Of a DNA stretch of 64,000 nt, positions 1 through 8,523 are shown piece after piece. Under the pieces are notes generated by a model. It saw only the letters and a program-made list of their open reading frames with translations. It made no database searches and had not been told where the DNA came from. The first letter of the stretch is position 1; every line of letters starts with the position of its first letter. Source of the DNA: a virus (Duplodnaviria; Caudoviricetes); IMG/VR virus record IMGVR_UViG_3300031938_000001, positions 1 through 64,000 of that record; one strand, written 5' to 3'. A program made the translations under genes and the position numbers.

Positions 1-178
1 CCCGAGTGATCATCTTGGCAAAGCCGGTGAGGCCGGGCACCATGCGCCGGAACCTCTCGACGGCCAGCCGGGCGCGGATCACTCGAGGGTCGTCGGCCTC
101 GGCGGACACGCGGAGGCTGCGAGCGAGGGCCGGGTCAATCTTCGGCCGCGCCATCGTCCTGCGTCGGGTGGGAGGCAT
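1..178 (-). CDS. Partial ORF running off the left edge (MPPTRRRTMARPKIDPALARSLRV...VPGLTGFAKMITR); candidate VWA/CobT-like partner of the upstream MoxR ATPase
   Basis: Hand-translated open frame from ATG 178; GAGGAG RBS at 185-190; not in ORF track; partner role inferred only from gene order. Confidence 0.55.
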   Translation of the reverse strand, partial: MPPTRRRTMARPKIDPALARSLRVSAEADDPRVIRARLAVERFRRMVPGLTGFAKMITR

Positions 179-242
179 CTTGTTCTCCTCATGGTCGGTA
201 TGGTCGGTGGTGACCTGCGTTCGCGCAGGTCGGGCGGGGGTC

Positions 243-268
243 GGTGGTGATGTGCATCACCCTACACC
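243..268 (-). promoter_or_regulatory. Putative leftward promoter GGTG-TAGGGT-N6-CATCACCACC
   Basis: TANNNT -10 inside a motif repeated at 2242-2264 and 5699-5724. Confidence 0.6.
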
Positions 269-323
269 CTACGGGGTGCCGGGGGGGTGGTCGGTTGCCG
301 CGTGTCGTGCCCCGCTGGCGCCC

Positions 324-377
324 GCTGGCGCCCGTACGGGGGTCGGGGGTAGGTGCGGACACCCCCGGCACGCTGGC
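324..377. repeat. 54-bp direct repeat copy 1 (copy 2 at 4430-4483, one mismatch)
   Basis: gctggcgcccgtacgggggtcgggggtaggt[g/c]cggacacccccggcacgctggc at both sites. Confidence 0.9.
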
Positions 378-574
378 GCCCGCTGGCGCCCGTTGTGCGG
401 GGGGTGTCCGGGGGGGGTGTGCTGCCTCCTGCGGGGTGCCCCGGCACGTCTCGGTCGCGAGCCTCACCAAGAGGCCCGACCATGAACGCCCCGGCGAGGC
501 AACGACCAAGATCGTCGGAGAATACGCCGGGGCACCCTGCGCGAGGCAGCACACCCCCCCTTTCTACGAGAGCC

Positions 575-2149
575 TCAGCCCTCGCTCGGCACGTAGTCCT
601 TGACTACCTGCAGCACGAACGCTGCCTGCTCAGGCTCGAGGCTGTCGGTGACGGCCAGCCGGTAGCAGGTCAGCAGGTCGAACCACTTGGAGGCACGGGC
701 CACCTTGATCTGCGGGCGGATGCCCCACGAGATCGGCAGCGTGCCGTCGTCCGAGGCTCGCCTCACGTCGGTCGCGATCTTCATGATCGTGTCGAGTGTG
801 GACGCCTCGAGCTCGTACTCGTCGGCCTCGCAGCGCTGCTGCAGGATGGCACGCTCGAGAGGCTCGGGCGGCAACTCGAACATGACGTGAGCGAGTCGGT
901 TGCCGTCGGCATCTGCCAGCGGCCTCGCCCCGACGTTGCGCACGTCCCACGCAGGGTTCATCGCCATGAGGAGGTAGCACGAGTCGTGCCTTGTGATGCG
1001 CTCGCCCTCGTTCTGGTCGATCACCAACTGCTTGCTGTTGTCCGTGAGAGGACGCACGAACTGCCAGACGGCATCTGGACCAGTGTTCGGCTCATCCAGA
1101 AGGAGGATGCCGGGGCGTCCCCATCGCTTGACGACTCGACCGTACACGAACCGAGTCACGGTGCTGCCTGTACTCGGGTCGGCTTCCGCCACGAACTTGC
1201 CGGCGAGGTCGTCAACCTCCGACGTTTCGGTGATGGAGATGCGGTCGAACGGCAGGTGCATCAACCACGCGAGGTGCCGGGCAAACTCGGTCTTGCCGAC
1301 ACCGGCCGGACCCCACAACGCAGGCGTCTCGTCCAACTCCTGCATGAGGATGGCTGCCTTGTAGACGGCGCCGTTGTGGTCGATGTACCACTCAGGGTGC
1401 TCGTCGTCTCCGGTCCGAGGGATCTTCGCGGCCTCGATGGGCTCGAAGAAGTCGGTGCGGAAGATCGGCAGGTGGGTGAACTTCCCGCTGCCGTGAGGGT
1501 CGCTGATCTTTCTCCACGCACGGATGCCCTGCTCGGCGTCGTCGCCGGTCACCTCGCGGTCGGAGGCGTAGTCGGTCGGGTCGGTGATCGGCTTGCCTCG
1601 GTCCTTGATGAACCGTGCCACCGGGTCGGCAGCCAGACCGAAGGCGTCCTCATACACGGGCTTGAGGAAGATGCCGGTGGTCGTGTTGCGAGGCTCGCCC
1701 GGCGAGCGCCAGTCGCAGTTCTTGGCCTCGATGCCGGTGCGGTTCTGCAAGATGAGCCGACCCGTCGCGGCACACAGACCTGCGGGCCATCCCATATCCG
1801 AGGCGACCGCGCGGTCGCTCACGAAGTTCTTGCAGCCGAGGCACGACGACACTCGAGCGCGGTCGCTCTCGCTCGGCATCCCCTCGAGCATCACCGTGGG
1901 GTCGCCCACCGACACCTGCAGCGCAGGCCGCTCGGGAGCGGTGCCGGGGCGAGGCTTGCCGTACTCGCTGCACCCCTCGGCGAACGAGGAGCAGATGGCG
2001 TCCTCGGCGGCGGCCTTGAGGCCGGGCTTGCCGAGGACGTGGCCGAACTTGGCGCACATCGGGGCGCCGACGGACTTCTTGAAGAAGCCCGGCGTCTCCT
2101 CGGTCTTGAGGAACGACGGGCAGTTCTTGCATGACAATGGTACAGACAT
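575..2149 (-). CDS. MoxR/CbbQ/NorQ-type AAA+ ATPase with Cys-rich N-terminal region
   Basis: Walker A GPAGVGKT, Walker B LLLDE, AMNP sensor-1, ALADRL-like PLADADGNRL; N-terminal CKNC and CLGC clusters. Confidence 0.85.
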   Translation of the reverse strand: MSVPLSCKNCPSFLKTEETPGFFKKSVGAPMCAKFGHVLGKPGLKAAAEDAICSSFAEGCSEYGKPRPGTAPERPALQVSVGDPTVMLEGMPSESDRARVSSCLGCKNFVSDRAVASDMGWPAGLCAATGRLILQNRTGIEAKNCDWRSPGEPRNTTTGIFLKPVYEDAFGLAADPVARFIKDRGKPITDPTDYASDREVTGDDAEQGIRAWRKISDPHGSGKFTHLPIFRTDFFEPIEAAKIPRTGDDEHPEWYIDHNGAVYKAAILMQELDETPALWGPAGVGKTEFARHLAWLMHLPFDRISITETSEVDDLAGKFVAEADPSTGSTVTRFVYGRVVKRWGRPGILLLDEPNTGPDAVWQFVRPLTDNSKQLVIDQNEGERITRHDSCYLLMAMNPAWDVRNVGARPLADADGNRLAHVMFELPPEPLERAILQQRCEADEYELEASTLDTIMKIATDVRRASDDGTLPISWGIRPQIKVARASKWFDLLTCYRLAVTDSLEPEQAAFVLQVVKDYVPSEG

Positions 2150-2241
2150 CGCTCAGGTTCTCCGTCCTGATAGTCGGGTCGATTCTCTTCTCTCAACGGG
2201 TCGGTGGTCAGTCCGACCCGCACACCCCCCGATGCTGGCGG

Positions 2242-2264
2242 GGTGGTGATGCACATCATACACC
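2242..2264 (-). promoter_or_regulatory. Putative leftward promoter GGTG-TATGAT-N3-CATCACCACC
   Basis: Near-consensus -10 TATGAT about 100 bp upstream of the ATPase start; repeated motif. Confidence 0.6.
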
Positions 2265-2396
2265 CCGGCACCGCTGGCGCCCGGTAGGGGGTCGGTAGCG
2301 GCGTGCCGTACCTATGGGGTGCCGGGGGTGGGGTGGGGGGTGCCAGCGCGCCAGCGTGCCGGGGTGGGGCACCCCCCGTTATCTTGCCTCGAGCGC

Positions 2397-2741
2397 TCAG
2401 CGCTCGGCATTCATGAGGTGCAGCGACCTCGCCTTGTGCATCTGCACAGGCGTCGGGTTGGCGTCGGACTGGTCACGCCAGACTTGGCCGACGATCCCGA
2501 AGATGGACTCTCCCTCTGCGCCACTCATGCGGTGCACGATGCCCGAGATCGAACTCTGGCCGGCGGATACGTGACTCAAGACTGTGTACGTCTTGAGGTC
2601 GTCGAGGTTGGCGCGGTAGATCTCGAGGACCGCGACGTGCGGGCTCACGAGGCGAACCGCGACGAACCTGTCGCCGGAGGCCATCCAACGATTCTGCGTC
2701 ACGAAGTCCTTTGCATCGGCTCCGGTAGTGAACTTCTCCAT
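2397..2741 (-). CDS. Hypothetical protein (MEKFTTG...)
   Basis: Start reassigned to ATG 2741 after AAAGG RBS. Confidence 0.7.
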   Translation of the reverse strand: MEKFTTGADAKDFVTQNRWMASGDRFVAVRLVSPHVAVLEIYRANLDDLKTYTVLSHVSAGQSSISGIVHRMSGAEGESIFGIVGQVWRDQSDANPTPVQMHKARSLHLMNAER

Positions 2742-2824
2742 GGTCGGACCTTTCTCTATGGCTTGTCTCATCGGGTCGTGGGCAGCCATCCCACAACGAC
2801 GCCTCACGGCGTTTCGACTCGGTT

Positions 2825-2998
2825 CTACTTGCGGAACGAGAGGCGCGAGCGGTGCACGAAGATTCTCCGGTCGCGCTTATCCAAGATGGTGAAGTACCCG
2901 TTCCCGTCATACGAGAGAACGTCACACACCCCCTTGTTCTTGAGGTACGCCCTTTTCGGGAGCGGCTGCTCCGAGATGAGCTCGGCGGGGTCGCTCAC
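2825..2998 (-). CDS. Small hypothetical protein, 57 aa (MSDPAELISEQPLPKRAYLKNKGVCDV...)
   Basis: Hand-translated; GTG overlaps upstream stop (GTGA); below ORF-track cutoff. Confidence 0.65.
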   Translation of the reverse strand: MSDPAELISEQPLPKRAYLKNKGVCDVLSYDGNGYFTILDKRDRRIFVHRSRLSFRK

Positions 2999-3213
2999 TT
3001 TGAGATGACCTGCGTCGGGTCGAGAAGGACATCATCGTTGAAGCGGTCAACGGGAGTTTGTCCTTCGACGATTTTCCCCATCTGGAAAGTCGGTGCCTGT
3101 GGCGACGGGTTATCGAGGCGGCCAGACATTGTGACCACTGCCCCGACGACGGCGACGGTGATGCAGAGGCTCTGGATGAAGGTGAGCAGTTTGCGGGCTG
3201 CGTTCTGTGACAT
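2995..3213 (-). CDS. Small membrane protein (MSQNAARK...)
   Basis: ACGGAG RBS in 18-bp repeated leader; one hydrophobic segment. Confidence 0.7.
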   Translation of the reverse strand: MSQNAARKLLTFIQSLCITVAVVGAVVTMSGRLDNPSPQAPTFQMGKIVEGQTPVDRFNDDVLLDPTQVISK

Positions 3214-3214
3214 T

Positions 3215-3232
3215 TGAGATTCTCCGTTTCTC
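3215..3232 (-). repeat. 18-bp start-associated sequence GAGAAACGGAGAATCTCA, copy 1 (copy 2 at 4010-4027)
   Basis: Identical 18-mer abutting two start codons. Confidence 0.85.
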
Positions 3233-3410
3233 AGCGGTGGCCGTAGCACTTGCAGTTGGTGGGGTGCCCGGCGAGCGGGTCGAAGGTCGAGAACGCGCCG
3301 TTGCCGGCCGCCTCGATGCGAGGTGAGGCGTTGTCCAGTGGGGTCGGCGTCGAGGTGATCTTGTAGATGCACCAGATGGCGGCGGCGAGGACGGGAATGA
3401 GAAGGACCAT
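3231..3410 (-). CDS. Small membrane or secreted protein, 59 aa (MVLLIPV...)
   Basis: AAAGG RBS, N-terminal hydrophobic stretch. Confidence 0.65.
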   Translation of the reverse strand: MVLLIPVLAAAIWCIYKITSTPTPLDNASPRIEAAGNGAFSTFDPLAGHPTNCKCYGHR

Positions 3411-3426
3411 GGTCGGTTCTGCCTTT

Positions 3427-3825
3427 CTAGAACGTGTCGTAACTGACGCGCGAGAATGCGCTCCAGTAGTCAACGATGCCTTGCTGGACGAGGACGGCGA
3501 TGGCTCGCGCCTCCTCGAAATGGAGGCCGTAGCACTCCGAGGCGAGCCCCATATTGGCGGCATCATACAAAGTCCACCCTGAGCCATCGCGCTCCTCCAT
3601 GACGAACAGGGTGCTGTCGGCGAGGCAAGCCACGAAGGCAGGATCCTCGACCATGCGCCACTCCACAAGGGGGGTGGGGTACTTGCTGGCGCGCTCGAGG
3701 ACCATGGGCCAGCGCATCCGGCCACGTGGCAGGCGCCTTATCCAAGAGCCTGACAGGACCGGCAGCATCTCGTCGAGGCCGTGAGTCTGGCTCGGGCGAA
3801 GCTTTCTCTGTGGGCGAGTACTCAT
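3427..3825 (-). CDS. Hypothetical protein
   Basis: ATGA coupling with upstream gene. Confidence 0.6.
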   Translation of the reverse strand: MSTRPQRKLRPSQTHGLDEMLPVLSGSWIRRLPRGRMRWPMVLERASKYPTPLVEWRMVEDPAFVACLADSTLFVMEERDGSGWTLYDAANMGLASECYGLHFEEARAIAVLVQQGIVDYWSAFSRVSYDTF

Positions 3826-4010
3826 CGGATGCCACCCTCGAGCAGGGCAGCGGTGTCGCGGCCGAAGGCGACCAGTCCACCGTCATAGAGGCGAGCAATC
3901 AGCACGCGGGTCTGGTTGTCCGTGAGGCGCGACGCGCCGGGGTATCCGATGTCTGCGAGCCATCCGCGAGCCTCTTTGAGAATGACGCTCGGCAGCGGGT
4001 AGATCTTCAT
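3822..4010 (-). CDS. Small phage protein with I.R.YDGG...F motif
   Basis: RBS in 18-bp leader; motif recalled from actinophage small early proteins. Confidence 0.7.
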   Translation of the reverse strand: MKIYPLPSVILKEARGWLADIGYPGASRLTDNQTRVLIARLYDGGLVAFGRDTAALLEGGIR

Positions 4011-4159
4011 GAGATTCTCCGTTTCTCGTGATTTCTACGTGAGGGGCTTTTTTACGCGCGAGGTTGAGCTCTTGCCGGCGGTCCTCGATATTGCCTCGTA
4101 TAGCGGTCGCGGCATAGAGGCTTAGAGGCGTGCTCAGGGGTCGCGCCGAGGTGAGGTGC

Positions 4160-4570
4160 CTCGGGGTGCCAGCGGCGCCGATTCCGTGCCAGCGCTCGGG
4201 GCGCCGATTCCGTGCCAGCGGGGCAGCGCTCGGGGCGCGTCGCCGCTACGGCACCTGTCCGGCACGCTGGCGCCCGCAAAAGGCTAGGGGGTGCCCCGAT
4301 GCCGGGTCGGGGGTGGTCGGGCGCGAGAGGTGCCTTGGTGCCCCGTCTCGAGCCTGCCAGCGCTGGCGGGGGTGTCGGGGCAGCGACCGAGGCACGCTGG
4401 CGGGGGTCGCTGGCGCCCACAGGGGGCACGCTGGCGCCCGTACGGGGGTCGGGGGTAGGTCCGGACACCCCCGGCACGCTGGCAGCGCTCACGCGGGCGC
4501 GGGGGGGTGTCGGTGCCGATGCCGGGGCAGCGCTGCCAGCGCTCGGGGCAGCGGGGCGCGCTGCCAGTGC
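4160..4570. repeat. Non-coding GC-rich array of GCCAGCG/CGCTGGC heptamers with internal 21-bp tandem (4174-4194, 4200-4220)
   Basis: About 11 exact heptamers counted by eye, both orientations. Confidence 0.8.
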
Positions 4571-4748
4571 TCGGGGCGCCGGGGCGGGGGTGTCGCTCAA
4601 CGCTGCCTCCTCTCGGTCGGTCGCTCGGGTCGGTACGGGGGGTGTCGTCACATCGGGGCAGGTGCGGAGCAAGGTCGCCTCACGTGCCCCGGTATGGCGA
4701 CACCCCCCGACCCATGTTCGGGTCGGGGGGTGTGCCTCGGGGGGGGTG

Positions 4749-5651
4749 TCACGCGATGGCGCGGGCACCCTGCGAACCGTCAACCGTGACAGCCTCGACA
4801 CCCTCGATTCCGCCGCGTGCGATGGCGCCAGCGATGGCGCCCTGCGACGGGCGGACATCGGCCTCGGGGTAGTGCGAGGACATGGCCTTGGCGATGGCAC
4901 CGACCTTCATCGGCTCGCCGCTGGCGCCGAGCACCTCGGTGATGTGGTCGGCAATCGCGCTACCCCGCTTGCCACCCGAGGCGCGACGGGCGCCGCTGGC
5001 ACGCTTGCCACCCTTGCCAGCGCTGGCAGCGAGGACACGACGCGCCCGGACGATGGCGGGGGTGTCGGACTCGCTCGGGTCGGCGCCGACAGCGGCGACC
5101 ACATCGGCGGGGGTGGCGATGTCGCTGCCATCGAAGGACACCGACACGGACGCGCCGAGGGATGCCAGCGCGAGCGCCAGCGCCTCCATGCGGTCGAGGG
5201 TGGTGACGACGGGGGCAGCGGGCGCGGTGCCGCTGGCGCGGAGCGCCTCGGCCATGGCCTGCGATGCGGTGAGCAGGCTCACGTCGATTGCTGGCGCGGT
5301 CGCCATCGCGGCAGCGGTCGCCTCGGTGGTGACCTGCAGCAGGAGGGAGGTGCGCTTGCTCGGGGTGAGCGCCCGGTAGGAGGCGACCACCGATGCCAGC
5401 GGCGACTCGGCAACCGTGCCCGTGCTCGGGTCGCGGCCATCGAGGGCACCCTGCCACGTGTCAACGAAGGTCTGGCTCGGGTCGGTCGCGGTCGCCTCGG
5501 TGGCGGGGGTGTCGGTGTCGGTCGCCTCGGCGGGGGTCGCGGTCGCGGTCGCCTCGGTGGCGGGGGTCGCGGTGTCGGTCGCCTCGGTCACGACGGGCGC
5601 CTCGGTGGCGGGGGTGTCGGTGCGGCGAGCCTTGGTTGCGTTGCGTGCCAT
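4749..5651 (-). CDS. Protein with N-terminal TPATEAT repeats and C-terminal winged-helix-like domain
   Basis: CAGGAG RBS; coding tandem repeat about 5485-5620; C-terminal IADHITEVL...VGAIAKAM...PSQGAI. Confidence 0.75.
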   Translation of the reverse strand: MARNATKARRTDTPATEAPVVTEATDTATPATEATATATPAEATDTDTPATEATATDPSQTFVDTWQGALDGRDPSTGTVAESPLASVVASYRALTPSKRTSLLLQVTTEATAAAMATAPAIDVSLLTASQAMAEALRASGTAPAAPVVTTLDRMEALALALASLGASVSVSFDGSDIATPADVVAAVGADPSESDTPAIVRARRVLAASAGKGGKRASGARRASGGKRGSAIADHITEVLGASGEPMKVGAIAKAMSSHYPEADVRPSQGAIAGAIARGGIEGVEAVTVDGSQGARAIA

Positions 5652-5698
5652 GGTCGGTAACTCCTGTGTTCGGCACCCCCCCCGACCCGATGCCGGGG

Positions 5699-5724
5699 GG
5701 TGGTGATGGGCGCAACGCTACACC
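5699..5724 (-). promoter_or_regulatory. Putative leftward promoter GGTG-TAGCGT-N6-CATCACCACC
   Basis: Third copy of motif, about 50 bp upstream of 5651 start. Confidence 0.6.
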
Positions 5725-6529
5725 CCCTAGCGGCGATGCACACCCCCAACGCGCGAAACGGGGTGGGGCGGATCGGTGCCGATTGGGTGGGGATGCACAC
5801 CCCCGACACGACGGAATCGGGCGCCCAGACGAGGGGTGTCGAGGACGCCGGCAAAGGCGCGAAATCCGTTGTGTCCCAACGGGATTCGCGCCTAAAAGCT
5901 GGACCGCCGAGGGGGTCGAAAAGGTGCATCGGAGGGGGTCGCCAGCGGGTCGAAACAGGGGGGTCGAATGGGCGCGACACGCCGAGGCAAAAAAAGAGGC
6001 ATCGGGGTATTGACACCCCCCTCCAACGGGGCGCCTCGGTGCATCGGTGGGGATGGCTCGGGGTGGTGTGCATCCCTAGTCCGAGAGGTGCCATGGGTGG
6101 CTCGGGGTGGCAGCGCTCGGGGGTGACCTAGAGGTGATGCTGGCAGCGGAGCGGAGCGGTGACGAGGGGGGTGTGGGGCGGGGGTCCTCGTAGCGACCGA
6201 GGCGCCCGCTATAGGACACGACGAAGGCATGCCTCGGTGCATGGGTCGAGGGGGGTGGCATCGGCTCGGCTCGGGGCGCCTCATGAGGTGTGAGGCGCAT
6301 GCCGATAGTGCCCACTATCGGCATATCTCGCCGGCAATGTCCGAGATGTCCGGATTGGGGCGGGTTTCTGAGGTGAGCTGACCGCGCCGCTGGCTCTTGC
6401 CCCACCCGATATGCATCATTTTTTCGGAGTTGAGGTCGGTCGTTAAGTCAAGGGCTCCCAGCGGCAGTGGATCTGGGGCGACCAATGGAGCCGTTCTTCT
6501 TGGAAAGTGGCTCAGGACTGGGGTCAAAG

Positions 6530-6900
6530 CGCTCAGATAGTTGGCGTAGGTGAAGTAGAACTATTGGCGTAGTAGATGAAAAGTCATTCTGGCTAACGTA
6601 CGGTGCTGTCCTACACGGTGTCCTACGTATGTCGTATAGATGTCGTACACAACACACACACATATATCTTTATGTATCTATGCAGGTCAGGGCTAAAGTC
6701 ATTGCCATATCCGATGCCATGTGTACGACGATTTCGCCCTTGACCCACCCCCCTTGAGCCGTCACTGCACGTGTACGAGAGCGCGTACGAGCGGGGGGGG
6801 GTCGTTTTTGTCGTACACATCGAAGATGTACATCGCCAGAAAACGCGGGCTGACCTGCGACGATGCAACTGCGTAAAAACTGTGGAAGTGGTGTACGCGA
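6530..6900. other. AT-richer non-coding patch with five GTGTACG/CGTACAC copies; origin- or terminus-like
   Basis: Copies at 6644, 6721, 6771, 6812, 6891; AT-rich run about 6650-6690; lies at transcriptional divergence point. Confidence 0.45.
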
Positions 6901-7038
6901 TGTGCGGGAATGGCGACGGCGCCCGCGTCGCGAAATGACGACGGTCCTACGTTTCCCCAACATTTTCGCGGTTTTGAGCGATGTGCATCGCCGTCAATGT
7001 TTGTGCGCGTCAATAGCGCCCGGCTAGGCTGCCCTGTT

Positions 7039-7458
7039 ATGGACGATCCCATGGTCTTTGAAGACCGAAAGCCCGAGCCGAGGATGATTCCTCTCCCCGA
7101 TCCCGACCTGCCGGGGTGGCTCAATGAAGAAGTACTTCCACTGTTCAACGAGTCAACGCTGGCGCGGAATGTGTATCTGGTGGTGCGAGCGGCGTGCCGC
7201 TATCAGGAGCGCAAGGACTGCTGGCCGACCCGGCGCGACCTGTTCGACGCGGTGCGGGGTAGCGGCATGAGGGCCGAGGACTTCGAGGTGGCGCTCGACA
7301 GCGTGACCATCCTCGGCCACGAGGTATACCTGTATCGCGTCCGCAACTCCCGTGGCCGCCCCACGTACCGGATCGGCTTCACGGACCGGATGCATCGGTG
7401 GGGCGCTGGCGAGGGCACCACGATGACTCGGCCCGTCGGAACGAGGAACTACTCATGA
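7039..7458 (+). CDS. Putative winged-helix DNA-binding protein
   Basis: PTRRDLF...DFEVALDSV...GRPTYRI helix-helix-wing pattern; start ATG 7039 chosen. Confidence 0.55.
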   Translation: MDDPMVFEDRKPEPRMIPLPDPDLPGWLNEEVLPLFNESTLARNVYLVVRAACRYQERKDCWPTRRDLFDAVRGSGMRAEDFEVALDSVTILGHEVYLYRVRNSRGRPTYRIGFTDRMHRWGAGEGTTMTRPVGTRNYS

Positions 7459-7808
7459 TCACGCTCAACCACACGCGCGGGCCATCGCGAGGCGTCACCA
7501 GCGAGGCAGTGCCGGTCGGGCTGGCCCTGTTCGTGATCTCCAACGGCGACCTCGAGCGCGTCGAGTGCGATCTGGCGTTGCGGCTGTGGCGCTTCGAGGC
7601 CAGGCACGGTCGCGGCGCCACGCCCCAAGAGGTGCGGAACCTGATCAAGAGCCGCATCCCGGCCGACTGTGCCGACAAGTCCGCGCACGTCGGCCAGTTG
7701 ATCGCCAACCTGCGCGCGATGCGAGCGCCGTTGGTCGCCCGGACCTTCAAGCGTGACCGGGGTCGAGCCCGCACCGAGTTCTCGTTGGATTGGGAGATGG
7801 AATCATGA
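7455..7808 (+). CDS. Putative winged-helix DNA-binding protein
   Basis: ATGA coupling; TPQEVRNLI...VGQLIANLR...RARTEFSL. Confidence 0.55.
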   Translation: MITLNHTRGPSRGVTSEAVPVGLALFVISNGDLERVECDLALRLWRFEARHGRGATPQEVRNLIKSRIPADCADKSAHVGQLIANLRAMRAPLVARTFKRDRGRARTEFSLDWEMES

Positions 7809-7966
7809 GCGTCGATGACCCCAAGGCCGAAGCCGAGCGCAAGGCACTCGAGGAGTACCGCCGCACACACAGCGTGGACGGGCGCGCCCTCGGCTCCCCC
7901 GCCTACCCCGACAACAGGCAGGGCCGCCGAGCCCTCGCGCGCACATGGAAGCGAGCAAGTCGATGA
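7805..7966 (+). CDS. Small hypothetical protein, 53 aa
   Basis: Hand-translated; ATGA overlaps at both ends. Confidence 0.65.
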   Translation: MSVDDPKAEAERKALEEYRRTHSVDGRALGSPAYPDNRQGRRALARTWKRASR

Positions 7967-8523
7967 CCGACCCCTACGCCGAGAGTGATGGGGCGACCGA
8001 ACGGGAGGCGGGCGCTGGCGACTGGTTCCGCAAGACGCCCGAGTCACTGGCGATGCTGGCCGAGGAGACCAAGGTGCTGGACGAGTCCGAGGAGCGATAC
8101 GCCGAGGTCGAACGGCTGCGGCGGTGGAAAGCCGAAGCGACCGAGGTGATTCTCGGCCTGCAGGATCTTGGCAAGGCGCTCGATCTGCCGCTCGGCGAGC
8201 GCATCACGGCGACTGCAGCGACCGAGGTGGCGAAGCGGCTGAAGTCCGAGCGCGACGAAGCGACCGCCCGGTCGGCCCAGTTGCGCGCGGACGTGGGCGA
8301 CTGGGTGGCGACCGCCAGTACTCACATGCACGTCGGCACGCACGGTGAGTGCTTCACCTGCAAGAGCTTTGCGGCCCTCCACGACATCCTCATCAAGTTC
8401 GACGAGGGCGGTGCGACGGCCCCCGAGCCCGACAGGGCTGCTCGCCACAACCACGTGACTCGCGATATCAAGCCGCGTGGCGTCTGTCCGGCGTGCGACC
8501 GCTACCACGAGGTGCACCCGTGA
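7963..8523 (+). CDS. Coiled-coil protein with C-terminal Cys/His motifs
   Basis: ATGA coupling; CFTC and CPAC motifs. Confidence 0.7.
   Translation: MTDPYAESDGATEREAGAGDWFRKTPESLAMLAEETKVLDESEERYAEVERLRRWKAEATEVILGLQDLGKALDLPLGERITATAATEVAKRLKSERDEATARSAQLRADVGDWVATASTHMHVGTHGECFTCKSFAALHDILIKFDEGGATAPEPDRAARHNHVTRDIKPRGVCPACDRYHEVHP

Noticed and set aside
4160-4570. CRISPR array
   Set aside because: No constant repeat with regular unique spacers; no cas operon
5485-5620. Tandem DNA repeat as a regulatory array
   Set aside because: In-frame coding repeat (TPATEAT) of the 4749-5651 protein
6010-6015. Perfect TTGACA -35
   Set aside because: No TANNNT at 16-19 bp spacing
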